59,440 nt of DNA from Gammaproteobacteria bacterium. Lineage in GTDB: Bacteria; Pseudomonadota; Gammaproteobacteria; SZUA-229. The position numbers were made by a program, and so were the translations under genes. The stretch spans positions 1-59,440 of the forward strand of contig JAVVEE010000005.1 of the NCBI GenBank assembly GCA_032251315.1. The letters are read 5' to 3'. Each line of letters opens with the position of its first letter. Positions within the stretch are counted from its first letter, which is position 1. The notes under the pieces are model-generated. The model was not told the origin of the DNA and made no database searches. It worked only from the letters and a program-made list of their open reading frames with translations. Positions 18,851-30,089 of the stretch are shown one piece after another.

Positions 18851-19981
18851 TCAGTCAGCCTGACGACGCAAAAATGCCGGTATATCCAGCAAACTTTCGT
18901 CGTACTCCCCGGTAGAGGTGGTTTTACTCTGCTTGCGTTGTACAGCCGGTTTTTCCAGTTGCCCGTAATCAACATCACCATTGGTATTACGAGGCACTAC
19001 ATTTATCTCCGGCTTTTTAGCCGCGGGCAGAGCCCCCAGGCCTGTCGCTACCACAGTAACCCGCAATTCGTCACCCAGAGTATCGTCGATGGCGGTACCC
19101 ATCACCACAGTTGCATCATCCGAAGCAAACGAGCTAATAACAGCGCCTATATCCTGAAACTCACCCAGCGTCATATTGGCACCAGTGACATTGACCAGAA
19201 TACCCCGTGCACCGGATAAATTCACATCCTCCAGAAGGGGGCTTGCGATGGCTGACTGAGCTGCGTCTTTAGCGCGATTTTCGCCCAGCGCTTTGCCGGA
19301 GCCCATCATGCCCATGCCCATCTTTGACATCACCGTGCGCACATCAGCGAAATCGACATTAATTACACCAGGATTGGTGATCAGTTCGGTAATGCCCTGC
19401 ACTGCACCACTTAAAACATCATTGGCACCATTAAAGGCATGCATCAGATCAAAATCACGACCGTAGACATCCAGCAATTTGTCATTCGGAATGGTGATCA
19501 ACGAGTCAACATTGCGGGTCAACTCATTAATGCCGCTCATTGCAATTTTCATGCGCGAAGCACCTTCAAAACTGAACGGCTTGGTAACGACACCAACCAC
19601 CAGAATACCCATCTCTCTAGCCAGCTGCGCCACCACCGGTGCGGCACCTGTACCGGTGCCGCCGCCCATTCCGGCTGTAATGAACAGCATATCGGTATCA
19701 CCAATCGCTTCCTGAATTAGCTCGCGATCTTCAAGTGCCGCCTGTTGCCCGACTTCCGGGGTTGCGCCAGCGCCCAGCCCTTTGGTTATGTTGCAACCAA
19801 TCTGCAATGACTTGCAGCCCGTTAATTTACTCAAGGCCTGTGCATCGGTATTGGCGCAGATAAAATCTACACCGCTGATGCCACTGGCCACCATATGCCG
19901 AACGGCGTTGCCGCCACCACCGCCAACACCCATGACTTTAATGACGGCGTCTTGTGCTACTGAGTCCATAAATTCAAACAT
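18851..19981 (-). CDS. ftsZ: Cell division GTPase FtsZ
   Basis: 'GVGGGGGNAV' and the tubulin signature 'GGGTGTGAAPV'. Confidence 0.97.
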   Translation of the reverse strand: MFEFMDSVAQDAVIKVMGVGGGGGNAVRHMVASGISGVDFICANTDAQALSKLTGCKSLQIGCNITKGLGAGATPEVGQQAALEDRELIQEAIGDTDMLFITAGMGGGTGTGAAPVVAQLAREMGILVVGVVTKPFSFEGASRMKIAMSGINELTRNVDSLITIPNDKLLDVYGRDFDLMHAFNGANDVLSGAVQGITELITNPGVINVDFADVRTVMSKMGMGMMGSGKALGENRAKDAAQSAIASPLLEDVNLSGARGILVNVTGANMTLGEFQDIGAVISSFASDDATVVMGTAIDDTLGDELRVTVVATGLGALPAAKKPEINVVPRNTNGDVDYGQLEKPAVQRKQSKTTSTGEYDESLLDIPAFLRRQAD

Positions 19982-20080
19982 AAGCGTTCACCTTTGTCTG
20001 CTTGCTACTGTTACTTTTTCCGGCATAACACCGGGCCATTTTCAACTTTCTCTGCGCTAACTTTGTCATTAATTCTTTCA

Positions 20081-21316
20081 TTAAAAATTCCCCTGAAACC
20101 AACTTTTCATTCGTGCGAATACACTTTTTATTCCACCATCCGTCATAATATGACTGGTGCCGGCATCACGATGCTGACTACCAAACAGCAAGAGGCCGAC
20201 ACCCGTGGCGTAAATTGGATTACTGACCACATCCGACAGACCTGTTACGTATTGAGGCAAACCCAGCCGAACCGGCATGTGAAAAATTTCCTCTGCCAGA
20301 TCGATGACGCCTTCCATTTTTGAACTGCCGCCTGTCATCACAATGCCGGCGGCAATAATCTCTTCAAATCCACTCTTGCGCAGTTCTGCCTGAACCAGCG
20401 ACAACAATTCTTCATAACGTGGCTCGACCACTTCCGCCAGCGTTTGCCGCGACAGTTTACGGGGAGCACGATCACCCACACTGGGCACCTCAATGGTTTC
20501 TTCCGGATTAGCCAACTGCCTTAATGCGCAGGCAAACTTGATCTTTATATCGTTGGCATATTGTGTAGGCGTGCGTAATGCCACGGCAATATCATTGGTC
20601 ACCTGATCACCCGCAATGGGGATAACGGCGGTGTGCCTGATGGCACCATCCGAGAACACCGCGATGTCCGTGGTGCCGCCACCAATATCAATCAGACAGA
20701 CACCCAGCTCCTTCTCGTCTTCGGTTAACACCGAGTAACTGGACGCCAGTTGCTCCAGAATAATATCGTCTACTTCCAGGCCGCAACGTCGCACACATTT
20801 GATAATGTTCTGTGCCGCACCTACCGCGCCGGTCACCAGATGCACCTTGGCTTCAAGGCGCACACCGGACATGCCTATCGGCTCACGGATACCCTCCTGC
20901 TGATCAATAATAAATTCCTGCGGCAGGATATGAAGGATGCGCTGATCGGCCGGTATAGCCACTGCCCGCGCGGCATCAATCACCCGATCAAGATCACCAT
21001 TGGTCACTTCCCTCTCGCGTATGGCAACGATACCGTGTGAATTAATGCTTCTGATATGACTGCCTGCAATACCGGCAAAAACGGAGTTAATCTGACAACC
21101 TGCCATCAGCTCTGCCTCTGCAATGGCGCGCTGAATAGACTGAACAGTCGATTCAATGTTTACCACCACACCTTTCTTAAGACCGTATGAAGGATGCGAA
21201 CCCAGGCCGATAATTTCCACACCTCCTTCTGGTGTTATCTCTCCCACAATCGCCACCACTTTCGAGGTGCCGATGTCGAGACCCACGATCATATTCTTAT
21301 CCGTTTTTTTGGTCAT
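20081..21316 (-). CDS. ftsA: Cell division protein FtsA
   Basis: Actin-fold motifs 'VGLDIGTSKV' and 'DIGGGTTD'. It sits between ftsQ and ftsZ. Confidence 0.95.
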   Translation of the reverse strand: MTKKTDKNMIVGLDIGTSKVVAIVGEITPEGGVEIIGLGSHPSYGLKKGVVVNIESTVQSIQRAIAEAELMAGCQINSVFAGIAGSHIRSINSHGIVAIREREVTNGDLDRVIDAARAVAIPADQRILHILPQEFIIDQQEGIREPIGMSGVRLEAKVHLVTGAVGAAQNIIKCVRRCGLEVDDIILEQLASSYSVLTEDEKELGVCLIDIGGGTTDIAVFSDGAIRHTAVIPIAGDQVTNDIAVALRTPTQYANDIKIKFACALRQLANPEETIEVPSVGDRAPRKLSRQTLAEVVEPRYEELLSLVQAELRKSGFEEIIAAGIVMTGGSSKMEGVIDLAEEIFHMPVRLGLPQYVTGLSDVVSNPIYATGVGLLLFGSQHRDAGTSHIMTDGGIKSVFARMKSWFQGNF

Positions 21317-21319
21317 CTT

Positions 21320-22060
21320 TTACGCCTCTCCTACCAGTGTATGTTTGCTGGCATTATTGTTTTTTTCACGCATGGCAAATCCATTGGGGTAACGCAAATC
21401 AATCGCTTCAATATTTTTCAAATTTAAGGCATCAATATTCGAGAACACCCGAACAAATCTGACCAGCCTGTTTTCAGGATGATCACGTCCGAGCTTGAGT
21501 TCAATTTTATTTGCCGTATCTTTTAATAAGAACTGGAGGCTCCAGGCACGACGATCATTTAGATTCAAATCAACCACTTCAAATCCCATTGATGAAAAAT
21601 CTTTGTTAACCGCCACCAGGAACTTCCACATTTTATTATGCAAACCCTCTGGTCCTTTCAATCTCGGCAGTGGCCAGTTATCACTAATCACCGCAGGTTT
21701 AAACACTTCGCCGCGAGCACTGATCATGGCATCGTCATTCCAGTAGGCCACGGCGCGCTTTTCAGCCACTTTTATATGAAGACTGGATGGCCACTGCCGA
21801 CGTACCGAGACATCATCTACCCAGGGCAGTGCCAGCAGCGTGGTTTTTATTGCGCCAAGATCAAGCGCAAAGTAGCCGCCATCAATCACTGCAACGACCT
21901 CGTTCCTGAAATCATCGTGGGCGATATTTTCAAACTCACCTTCGATCTCAACGTTTTCGATGGGTGCAATATCATTGAAATTGAATTCAATCAGCCACCA
22001 GCCGCTCAACAACAGAGCAGCTATAACCAGCACGAAAATCAGTCGGCGCTTACTGCTCAT
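21320..22060 (-). CDS. ftsQ: Cell division protein FtsQ
   Basis: 246 aa with an N-terminal TM segment followed by POTRA-like and FtsQ domains. The position is conserved. Confidence 0.85.
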   Translation of the reverse strand: MSSKRRLIFVLVIAALLLSGWWLIEFNFNDIAPIENVEIEGEFENIAHDDFRNEVVAVIDGGYFALDLGAIKTTLLALPWVDDVSVRRQWPSSLHIKVAEKRAVAYWNDDAMISARGEVFKPAVISDNWPLPRLKGPEGLHNKMWKFLVAVNKDFSSMGFEVVDLNLNDRRAWSLQFLLKDTANKIELKLGRDHPENRLVRFVRVFSNIDALNLKNIEAIDLRYPNGFAMREKNNNASKHTLVGEA

Positions 22061-22974
22061 GATGCGCCCCGTAAAATCTCAACAACCAGCTGTTCAAAAC
22101 TAATGCCTGCCTGTTTGGCTGCCATCGGTACGAGACTGTGATCGGTCATACCCGGCACTGTGTTTACCTCAATGAGCCAGGGCTGATTTTTATGGTCAAT
22201 CATAAAATCAACCCGACCCCAGCCGCAGGCATCAACTGCGCTGAAAGACTTCTTGATCATCACGGCCAGCTGTTCTTCATCGTCCTTACTCAAACCACAG
22301 GGACAGATATATTTGGTATCGACCGCCTGATATTTCGCGTCAAAATCATAAAATGAATGCGATGTTTCCAGACGAATCATGGGCAGCACACGCGCATTCA
22401 AAATAGCGGCGGTGTATTCCACACCGGTTATCCAGCGTTCGGCGATCACCGCTCCGCCGCAGGCTTTCGCCTTCTGCCAGGCCGCCACCATTTCACTCGC
22501 ATCGCTCACCTTGCTCATGCCTATGCTCGAGCCTTCCAGCACCGGCTTTATGATCAGCGGCAAACCAATTTCCTGCACCGCCTGGACACAATCTGTCTCG
22601 CTTTCCAGCAGACGGTAATCAGGCGTAGGCAGGCCTGCGCCATGCCAGATCTGTTTTGTTCGCAGCTTGTCCATCGACAGCGCTGACCCCAGAACTTTCG
22701 AGCCGGTGAACGGAATCGCCATTGCACTCAGCAAGCCCTGCATGGTGCCGTCTTCACCGCCGCGTCCATGCAGGGCAATGAAGGCACGATCAAAACGGCC
22801 CTGATCGAGCACGGTGGCGATATGGTGATCGACATCAATGCCATGCGCATCAATGCCCTGCGCCTGCAATGCCTGCAACACGGCTTTGCCACTCAGCAAT
22901 GAAATCTCACGCTCGGCAGACCAGCCGCCCATGAGCACGGCCACTTTTCCAAACTCACCGGCCAATGTACTCAT
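22057..22974 (-). CDS. ddl: D-alanine--D-alanine ligase
   Basis: 305 aa with an ATP-grasp fold ('ALHGRGGEDGTMQG', 'EVNTVPGMT'). It overlaps ftsQ and murB by 4 nt each. Confidence 0.92.
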   Translation of the reverse strand: MSTLAGEFGKVAVLMGGWSAEREISLLSGKAVLQALQAQGIDAHGIDVDHHIATVLDQGRFDRAFIALHGRGGEDGTMQGLLSAMAIPFTGSKVLGSALSMDKLRTKQIWHGAGLPTPDYRLLESETDCVQAVQEIGLPLIIKPVLEGSSIGMSKVSDASEMVAAWQKAKACGGAVIAERWITGVEYTAAILNARVLPMIRLETSHSFYDFDAKYQAVDTKYICPCGLSKDDEEQLAVMIKKSFSAVDACGWGRVDFMIDHKNQPWLIEVNTVPGMTDHSLVPMAAKQAGISFEQLVVEILRGAS

Positions 22975-23882
22975 GACAACCTCTCCCCAACGATATGCAC
23001 TTCGGTTTGCAAACGCACTCCGGTCTGATCCATTACATTTTCTTGCACAAACTCAATCAGCGACTCGATATCCTCAGCCGTCGCCTGCTGATCATTTATA
23101 ATAAAATTAGCGTGTTTTTCTGACACTACCGCACCACCTATTCGTTTTCCTTTCAAGCCGCATTGTTCAATTAACCGCGCTGCATAATCGTTATCCGGAT
23201 TGCGAAACACCGAACCGCTGTTAGCCGTTCCCGTAGGTTGCGTTTGCGCGCGTTTCGCCAGCAACTGCTTAACATTTCCGGAGCCACTCGTATCCACATC
23301 AAACTTCAGCAGGGCAGCAACAAACCATTCATCTTCCGGCCCCGCTACACTGCGATAAGCAATTTTGTATTCGTCCGGCGATCTCCGGTAAATCTCTCCC
23401 TGACGATTAATGGTTTCCACCTGCACCACGTGCCGCCAGGTCTCGCCACCAAAGGCGCCGGCGTTCATTGCCAATGCTCCGCCGATGAGGCCGGGAATGC
23501 CGGCAAAAAATTCCGCCCCGGCCAGATGCTCGCGCTCACAGAAGCGTGCCAGTTTTGCCCCCGCCACACCGGCGCCCACGTACACACAGTTATTTTCTTT
23601 TCGTTCCATCTGCGACATCACGCCCTGAGTTGCAATCACCGTGCCGTGAAAACCACCGTCACGCACCAGAGTGTTACTGCCCAGCCCCAGCCATAATAAA
23701 TTTTCATCTTTGGGTAATGATTTCAGCAGCGTCGCCAGATCCTCAATATCCGTAGGTATGCAGTAACGTTCAGCCAGACCACCGGCGCGCCAGCTGGTAT
23801 GGCTGGACATCGGCTCGTTATAACGAAGCTCGCCCCTTATTGATATTGGTGTTGTTGTTGTGTTCAATTGCATCGCCTCCAT
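22971..23882 (-). CDS. murB: UDP-N-acetylenolpyruvoylglucosamine reductase
   Basis: 303 aa with FAD-binding-type motifs ('LGLGSNTLV', 'AGAFGGE', 'GSVFRNP'). Confidence 0.9.
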   Translation of the reverse strand: MEAMQLNTTTTPISIRGELRYNEPMSSHTSWRAGGLAERYCIPTDIEDLATLLKSLPKDENLLWLGLGSNTLVRDGGFHGTVIATQGVMSQMERKENNCVYVGAGVAGAKLARFCEREHLAGAEFFAGIPGLIGGALAMNAGAFGGETWRHVVQVETINRQGEIYRRSPDEYKIAYRSVAGPEDEWFVAALLKFDVDTSGSGNVKQLLAKRAQTQPTGTANSGSVFRNPDNDYAARLIEQCGLKGKRIGGAVVSEKHANFIINDQQATAEDIESLIEFVQENVMDQTGVRLQTEVHIVGERLS

Positions 23883-23883
23883 C

Positions 23884-25311
23884 TCATGCCTTCTTCTGCA
23901 ACTGCTCAGTCAAACTTTCCGCCACCCGGCCAATCGAACCCGCGCCCAGAGTGAGAATAATGTCACCATCCTGAATCACTGCACGCAACGACTCGGCCAC
24001 CATCTCTACATCTTTTACAAATATCGGATTAACCTTTCCGCGTGCGCGAGTGGCGGCACACAAAGAGCGCCCATCGGCACCGGTGATTACGTCCTCACCG
24101 GCGGCATATACTTCAGTCAGCAGCAACACGTCGACACCGGCCAGAATCTCACTAAAGTCTTCAAACAGATCCCGGGTACGGGTATAACGATGCGGCTGAA
24201 AGACCAGCACCAGACGTTTCTCTGGCCAGCCTGTCTGCACCGCCTGCAAGGTTGCTGCCACTTCGGTCGGGTGATGACCGTAATCATCAACCAGCGTCAC
24301 CGTACCCGCAGGTATTTTTATTTCGCCGTACAGATGCATGCGACGACCTACGCCTTCAAAAAGCGCCAGCGCCGACTGTATCGCCTCATCCTTCACGCCC
24401 AGCTCATGCGCTATGGCAATCGCCGCCAGTGCATTCAGTACATTGTGCTTGCCCGGCATATTCAGGGTGACCGCCAGCGTTTCACTGCGCCCCGGCAAAC
24501 TGACATCAAAAAAGGTTTGCATGCCCGAGGGTCGAATATTGGAGGCCCTGACATCCGCTTCCTGCTCGATACCGTACCGCAACAGAGGCCGGGTAATTTT
24601 TGGCAGCAGACTTCTTACTTCATCGTCTTCAACACAGACCACTGCCAGTCCATAAAATGGCAGGTGATGTAAAAATTCGACAAAGGCTTCGCGCAGACGC
24701 TCAAAATCATTGTGGTAAGTTGGCAGGTGATCGGCATCGATATTGGTGACCACTGCGATCATGGGCTGCAAATATAAAAACGAGGCATCACTTTCATCGG
24801 CTTCGGCCACCAGATATTTTCCGCTGCCCAGATTTGCATGCGCCGAAGAGCTGTTTAACTTGCCGCCGATGACATAAGTAGGATCCAGACCGCCTGCATC
24901 CAGCAAACTGGTGACCAGTGAAGTAGTGGTGGTTTTTCCATGCGTTCCCGCCACCGCAATGCCCTGACTGAAGCGCATCAACTCCGCCAGCATCTCTGCT
25001 CGGGGGACCACGGGAATCAGCAGATCACGTGCCGCTTTCACTTCAGGATTTTCTGCATTGATCGCACTGGAGACCACCACCACATCCACATTCTGCACAT
25101 TAGCGGCAGCATGTGCCTGAAAGACCTTGATGCCGTCAGACTGCAAACCCCGGGTAATGACGTTGTCAGCAATATCGGAACCGCTGACTTCATAACCCAG
25201 AGTGTTCATGACATCCGCAATGCCGCTCATCCCCGCGCCGCCAATGCCCACAAAATGGACCTTGTGAATCCTGCGCATAAAGCTATCGAACTGAGTGTTT
25301 TCATTTTTCAT
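23884..25311 (-). CDS. murC: UDP-N-acetylmuramate--L-alanine ligase
   Basis: 475 aa with '[14 protein letters not shown]' and the Mur-ligase P-loop 'GTHGKTTTT'. Confidence 0.95.
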   Translation of the reverse strand: MKNENTQFDSFMRRIHKVHFVGIGGAGMSGIADVMNTLGYEVSGSDIADNVITRGLQSDGIKVFQAHAAANVQNVDVVVVSSAINAENPEVKAARDLLIPVVPRAEMLAELMRFSQGIAVAGTHGKTTTTSLVTSLLDAGGLDPTYVIGGKLNSSSAHANLGSGKYLVAEADESDASFLYLQPMIAVVTNIDADHLPTYHNDFERLREAFVEFLHHLPFYGLAVVCVEDDEVRSLLPKITRPLLRYGIEQEADVRASNIRPSGMQTFFDVSLPGRSETLAVTLNMPGKHNVLNALAAIAIAHELGVKDEAIQSALALFEGVGRRMHLYGEIKIPAGTVTLVDDYGHHPTEVAATLQAVQTGWPEKRLVLVFQPHRYTRTRDLFEDFSEILAGVDVLLLTEVYAAGEDVITGADGRSLCAATRARGKVNPIFVKDVEMVAESLRAVIQDGDIILTLGAGSIGRVAESLTEQLQKKA

Positions 25312-26390
25312 AAAAGTCCTCCGGCGCGCAGGCAGCGCTCGGCCACTTCACGGGCGGCATTCGGTTTCGCCTGACTGCGTGCCGATTCGGCCATGCGCAA
25401 AAGCCGGTCCCGTTGCCGGCTTAATTCGGTGATGGTTGTCCGCAACCACTCACTGTCCATATCGTTCTGCTGACACACAATCGCTGCATCGACCTCTTCG
25501 AGATAGTGGGCATTGGCAGTCTGGTGATCATCGACGGCATACGGATACGGCACCAGAATGGAAGCCACTCCGGCGGCCGCCAGCTCAAATACGGTCATCG
25601 CACCGGCCCGGCATAACACTACATCCGCCCAGGTATACGCCGCAGCCATGTCATCGACAAAGGCTTCGACCCTGGCTTCGACTTCAAATTTTTTATATAA
25701 CGCTTGTGCCGCCTCATGATTTTTTACGCCGGTCTGATGCCACACCTGTGGCCTCGCTGCCGGCTCTATTTTGGATATTGCTTCCGGCACCAGCTCGTTC
25801 AAACGCACCGCACCCAAACTGCCGCCAATGACCAGCAGACGCAAACCATTATCGCGACTGGCCAGCCTCTGCTGCGGAGGCGCTATCGCGATGATCTGCT
25901 TGCGCACCGGGTTGCCGATATACACCGCCTTCTTGCCCAGCGTACCGGGAAAGGCCTCCATGACTTCGTTGGCAACACGTGCCAGCAGCCGGTTGGTTAA
26001 TCCCGCGACGGCGTTTTGTTCATGGATTAACAACGGCTTTCTCATTAACCACGCCATCAGGCCACCGGGGCCGGAGGCAAAGCCACCCATGCCCAGAACC
26101 GCACAGGGTCTCTTTTTCAGCAGAACACGCCACGCCTGAAAACAGGCGACCGTTAAACGCACCGGTGCGAGCAGGCTGTTAACCACGCCCTTACCGCGCC
26201 AGCCCGAAATGCTTAACCATTCGATCGGGTAACCCGCCTGCGGCACCAGTCTCGCTTCGATTCCCGCCTGCGTGCCCAACCAGATCACCGGCACACCTCT
26301 GGCCCGTAATTCATCAGCCACGGCCAGTGCCGGAAACACATGACCGCCAGTGCCACCGGCCATAATTAAAACAGGTGCGACCGATCTCAT
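25308..26390 (-). CDS. murG: Undecaprenyl-PP-MurNAc-pentapeptide N-acetylglucosamine transferase
   Basis: '[15 protein letters not shown]' at the N-terminus, 360 aa. Confidence 0.95.
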   Translation of the reverse strand: MRSVAPVLIMAGGTGGHVFPALAVADELRARGVPVIWLGTQAGIEARLVPQAGYPIEWLSISGWRGKGVVNSLLAPVRLTVACFQAWRVLLKKRPCAVLGMGGFASGPGGLMAWLMRKPLLIHEQNAVAGLTNRLLARVANEVMEAFPGTLGKKAVYIGNPVRKQIIAIAPPQQRLASRDNGLRLLVIGGSLGAVRLNELVPEAISKIEPAARPQVWHQTGVKNHEAAQALYKKFEVEARVEAFVDDMAAAYTWADVVLCRAGAMTVFELAAAGVASILVPYPYAVDDHQTANAHYLEEVDAAIVCQQNDMDSEWLRTTITELSRQRDRLLRMAESARSQAKPNAAREVAERCLRAGGLL

Positions 26391-27616
26391 GCGCCCCCCC
26401 CGGCAGTGGCTGCTCTGGACTGACGACGACTACCGCGGCCGACAGCCTGTTTTGAAAACTCGCCGCATTCACAGTGAATGCGCAGCAGCAGGCCAATGGC
26501 CATACAGCTCACCACCAGACTGCTGCCACCGTAGCTCATCAACGGTAAAGTCAGGCCTTTGGTGGGCAGCAGCCCCATATTCACACCCATGTTAATCACC
26601 GCCTGCAGCGCCAGCCAGACACCGATGCCATAGGCCGTATAAGCGGCAAAACGATTCCCGCTTTTTTCCGCCTGCAAGCCGATTTTGAAGGTTCTAAAAA
26701 ATAGCAGCGCGTACATCAGAATGACAAAAAAGACGCCCATGAAACCCAGCTCTTCGGAGAGCACCGCAAACAGAAAATCAGTATGCGATTCGGGCAGATA
26801 GAACAGCTTCTGCACACTGCCACCAAGTCCGGTTCCCCACCAGCCACCAGTTCCTATTGCGATCAGCGACTGCGTCAACTGAAAGCCGGTATCAAAAGGA
26901 TCGGCCCAGGGATTCATAAACGAGGTCAAACGCTCCATCCGATAAGGCGAAAAAATAATCATCATCAGGGCGCTTGTTCCGAACATAATCATAAATAAGG
27001 AAAACTGTATAAAGCGAACGCCGCCCAGAAACATCATCGCCAGCACGGTTCCCATGATCACCACCGTGGAACCGAAATCCGGCTCCAGCAACAGCAGCAA
27101 TCCCGCTAAACCCACCATTATCATGGGCTTGATAAATCCACGAAATGAAGTCCTGACTTCCTCGCCGTGGCGCACCAGATATCCCGCTACATAAATCAGT
27201 AAAAACAGCTTCACCACTTCTGAAACCTGAATACTGACAATGCCCAGTGAAATCCAGCGCGTACTGCCATTGATGGTTTTACCTATGCCCGGGATTAACA
27301 CCAGCACCAGTAAAAACAGTGCAAAACCCAGCAGGGCGACGCCGGACTTCTCCCACTGTACCAGCCGAATGCGATAAACCACCGCTGCCACTACCAGGCC
27401 GATAATGACAAACACCAGCTGGCGCTGAAAATAATAAAATGGATTGGAAAAATTACGCTCCGCCACACTCACTGACGCTGAAGCCACCATCACCAGACCC
27501 AGTGACAACAGGGCGAGACAAACGGTTACCAGTATCGGATCAAGGTGCTCCAGCTGCCATGAAGTCAGCCGTTTGAACTCTGCTTTGGCTGTCGATTTAA
27601 CCTTAGGCGCGTTCAT
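26387..27616 (-). CDS. ftsW: SEDS-family peptidoglycan glycosyltransferase FtsW
   Basis: 409-aa polytopic protein with 'PESHTDFLFA' and 'LPLMSYGGSS'. Confidence 0.93.
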   Translation of the reverse strand: MNAPKVKSTAKAEFKRLTSWQLEHLDPILVTVCLALLSLGLVMVASASVSVAERNFSNPFYYFQRQLVFVIIGLVVAAVVYRIRLVQWEKSGVALLGFALFLLVLVLIPGIGKTINGSTRWISLGIVSIQVSEVVKLFLLIYVAGYLVRHGEEVRTSFRGFIKPMIMVGLAGLLLLLEPDFGSTVVIMGTVLAMMFLGGVRFIQFSLFMIMFGTSALMMIIFSPYRMERLTSFMNPWADPFDTGFQLTQSLIAIGTGGWWGTGLGGSVQKLFYLPESHTDFLFAVLSEELGFMGVFFVILMYALLFFRTFKIGLQAEKSGNRFAAYTAYGIGVWLALQAVINMGVNMGLLPTKGLTLPLMSYGGSSLVVSCMAIGLLLRIHCECGEFSKQAVGRGSRRQSRAATAGGGA

Positions 27617-28968
27617 CGAACATGCTCCCGCACCGCTTCCATGAACACCTGGCCGCGATGCTCAAAATTGCGATACATATCGAAGCTGGCACAGGCCGGT
27701 GATAACAGAACGTTGTCGCCTGCCTGTGCCAAATTAGCGGCTTTAATAACCGCTTCATCCATATCCGCAGCATAAACGACGGGTACAAGACCATTCAGCA
27801 CGGCACCGATTTTTTCTGCATCGCGCCCGATTAAAACCACCGCGCGCAGATGCTGAGCCGCGACTGTTGCCAGCGGCGAAAAATCGGCGCCTTTGCCATC
27901 GCCACCCGCAATCAATACATGCTTGCCCGGCAAACCTTCGATCGCGGCAATGCTGGCACCTACGTTGGTGCCTTTGGAATCATTGAACCAGTTGACACCG
28001 TGCTTCTCTATCACCCACTGGGTGCGATGTTCCAGTCCGGAAAAGTTTTTAATGGCTTCAACCATAAAGCGATCAGGAATAGTTAGAACCGTTCCTAGCG
28101 CCAGCGCTGCAAGCACATTGGCAATATTGTGCGCGCCTTTTACTTTGATCTCGTCAACGCTCAATACCCGTTCTGTGCCCCGACACAGCCAGCTCACCCC
28201 TTCGTACTCACACAGACCAAAATCATTGTTGCCGGGCTGCTTCAAGCTAAAGCCAACGGTATGCGCGCAGGCAAAGGTCTGATTGCCGGCCAGCTCATCA
28301 TCCCGATTCACGACACAGGTTTTTGCGTTGCGATAAATTTCGTGTTTGCTCATTACGTAGCTGTTCAGATCATCATAGCGGTCCATATGGTCAGGACTGA
28401 TGTTCAGCACCACGGCCACTTCCATAGGTAAACTCTGCAAGGTATCTAACTGAAAACTCGACAGCTCCAGCACGTACAGCTCGTAATTATCGTCTACGAT
28501 TTCAAGCACCGGCGTGCCGATGTTGCCGCCAATCGCAACATCAATACCCGCGCATTTCGCCATCTCGGCCAGCAAGGTCGTGACCGTGCTTTTGCCATTC
28601 GAACCGGTAATACCGACCACCGGCGCGGTCACTTCGTGCGCAAACAGATCTATGTCACCGGCGATTTCCACGCCCTGCTCCTTGGCTTTCTTCAGGGCGG
28701 GTTCTGACATGGACACGCCCGGACTGACGACGATGCGTCGCGCGGAGGTAAATAACGCCGATTTGAATTTACCGGTATACAATTCCACATCAGGATACTT
28801 TTCTTTTAATTCATTCATCCCCGGTGGCAGGTCACGGCTATCCACGACGACGACACGCTCACCCAGCCTACGCAAATAACGCACGACAGAAAGCCCGGTC
28901 ACACCCAGGCCGACAACCAGGGTATAAATAGCGTTCTTTTCAATCTGCGTTTTTTCCATTTTTTTCAT
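27613..28968 (-). CDS. murD: UDP-N-acetylmuramoylalanine--D-glutamate ligase
   Basis: 451 aa with 'VVGLGVTGLS' and '[11 protein letters not shown]'. Confidence 0.93.
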   Translation of the reverse strand: MKKMEKTQIEKNAIYTLVVGLGVTGLSVVRYLRRLGERVVVVDSRDLPPGMNELKEKYPDVELYTGKFKSALFTSARRIVVSPGVSMSEPALKKAKEQGVEIAGDIDLFAHEVTAPVVGITGSNGKSTVTTLLAEMAKCAGIDVAIGGNIGTPVLEIVDDNYELYVLELSSFQLDTLQSLPMEVAVVLNISPDHMDRYDDLNSYVMSKHEIYRNAKTCVVNRDDELAGNQTFACAHTVGFSLKQPGNNDFGLCEYEGVSWLCRGTERVLSVDEIKVKGAHNIANVLAALALGTVLTIPDRFMVEAIKNFSGLEHRTQWVIEKHGVNWFNDSKGTNVGASIAAIEGLPGKHVLIAGGDGKGADFSPLATVAAQHLRAVVLIGRDAEKIGAVLNGLVPVVYAADMDEAVIKAANLAQAGDNVLLSPACASFDMYRNFEHRGQVFMEAVREHVR

Positions 28969-29006
28969 AACTTTACTAGCTGCAATCGTATTGGGACATC
29001 TATTTC

Positions 29007-30089
29007 TTAGCGAATCTTGAGCGAGGCCAGCCCGATCAATACCAGTATTACTGTAATAATCCAGAAGCGAACAATCACTCGCGGCTCCGGCCAGCCTTTC
29101 AATTCAAAATGATGGTGTAATGGCGCCATGCGAAAAATGCGTCGACCGGTGAGCTTGTATGAAGTCACCTGCATGATCACCGACACGGTTTCCATGACAA
29201 ACACGCCACCCATAATCAACAGCACCAGTTCCTGGCGAATCAATATCGCAACTACGCCTAAAGCGGCGCCCAGTGCCAGTGCGCCAACATCGCCCATGAA
29301 CACCTGAGCCGGGTAAGTGTTGAACCACAAAAAACCCAGACCCGCGCCCACCAGAGCGCCACAAAATATGGCTAACTCACCCGAGCCTGAAACAAAGGGA
29401 ATGCCCAGATAGTTAGCGAAACCGGCGTGACCGGTGACGTAGGCAAAAATACCCAGCGCGCCGGCCACCATCACGGTCGGCATAATGGCCAGGCCATCGA
29501 GTCCATCAGTCAGATTTACCGCATTGCTGCTGCCGACAATCACCAGGTAACTCAGCACTACAAAAAACCCGCCCAATGGAATCATGACATCTTTCAGAAA
29601 TGGCACAATCAGGGCCGTCTCTATCGGCGACTCGGCCATGCGATACATGATAATCGCCGCTGTCAGCCCTACCACTGTCTGCCAGAAAAACTTGGCGCGC
29701 GCAGACAGTCCTTTAGCGTTGCCATAAATCAGTTTTTTATAATCATCAATACCGCCGATCAGACCAAATAGCAGCGTCACCACCAGTGCCATCCAGACTT
29801 TGTTGCTGGAAAGATCGCTCCACAGGAGCGTACTCACCGCGACGGAAACCAGAATCAGTGCGCCCCCCATGGTTGGCGTGCCCGCCTTGGACAGATGTGA
29901 CTGAGGACCATCATCACGTACCGATTGACCAATCTTATAGGTGACCAGTTTTCTGATCATCGCCGGGCCTATCAACAGTGACAGCAACAGGGCGGTAATT
30001 GTTCCAAGAATGGTGCGCAGAGTAATATACTGAAAGACATTAAAGCCCGTGTAATACTGCTGTAGATACTCGGTAAATATATACAACAT
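29007..30089 (-). CDS. mraY: Phospho-N-acetylmuramoyl-pentapeptide transferase
   Basis: 360-aa polytopic protein with 'KAGTPTMGG', '[13 protein letters not shown]' and 'PLHHHFE'. Confidence 0.96.
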   Translation of the reverse strand: MLYIFTEYLQQYYTGFNVFQYITLRTILGTITALLLSLLIGPAMIRKLVTYKIGQSVRDDGPQSHLSKAGTPTMGGALILVSVAVSTLLWSDLSSNKVWMALVVTLLFGLIGGIDDYKKLIYGNAKGLSARAKFFWQTVVGLTAAIIMYRMAESPIETALIVPFLKDVMIPLGGFFVVLSYLVIVGSSNAVNLTDGLDGLAIMPTVMVAGALGIFAYVTGHAGFANYLGIPFVSGSGELAIFCGALVGAGLGFLWFNTYPAQVFMGDVGALALGAALGVVAILIRQELVLLIMGGVFVMETVSVIMQVTSYKLTGRRIFRMAPLHHHFELKGWPEPRVIVRFWIITVILVLIGLASLKIR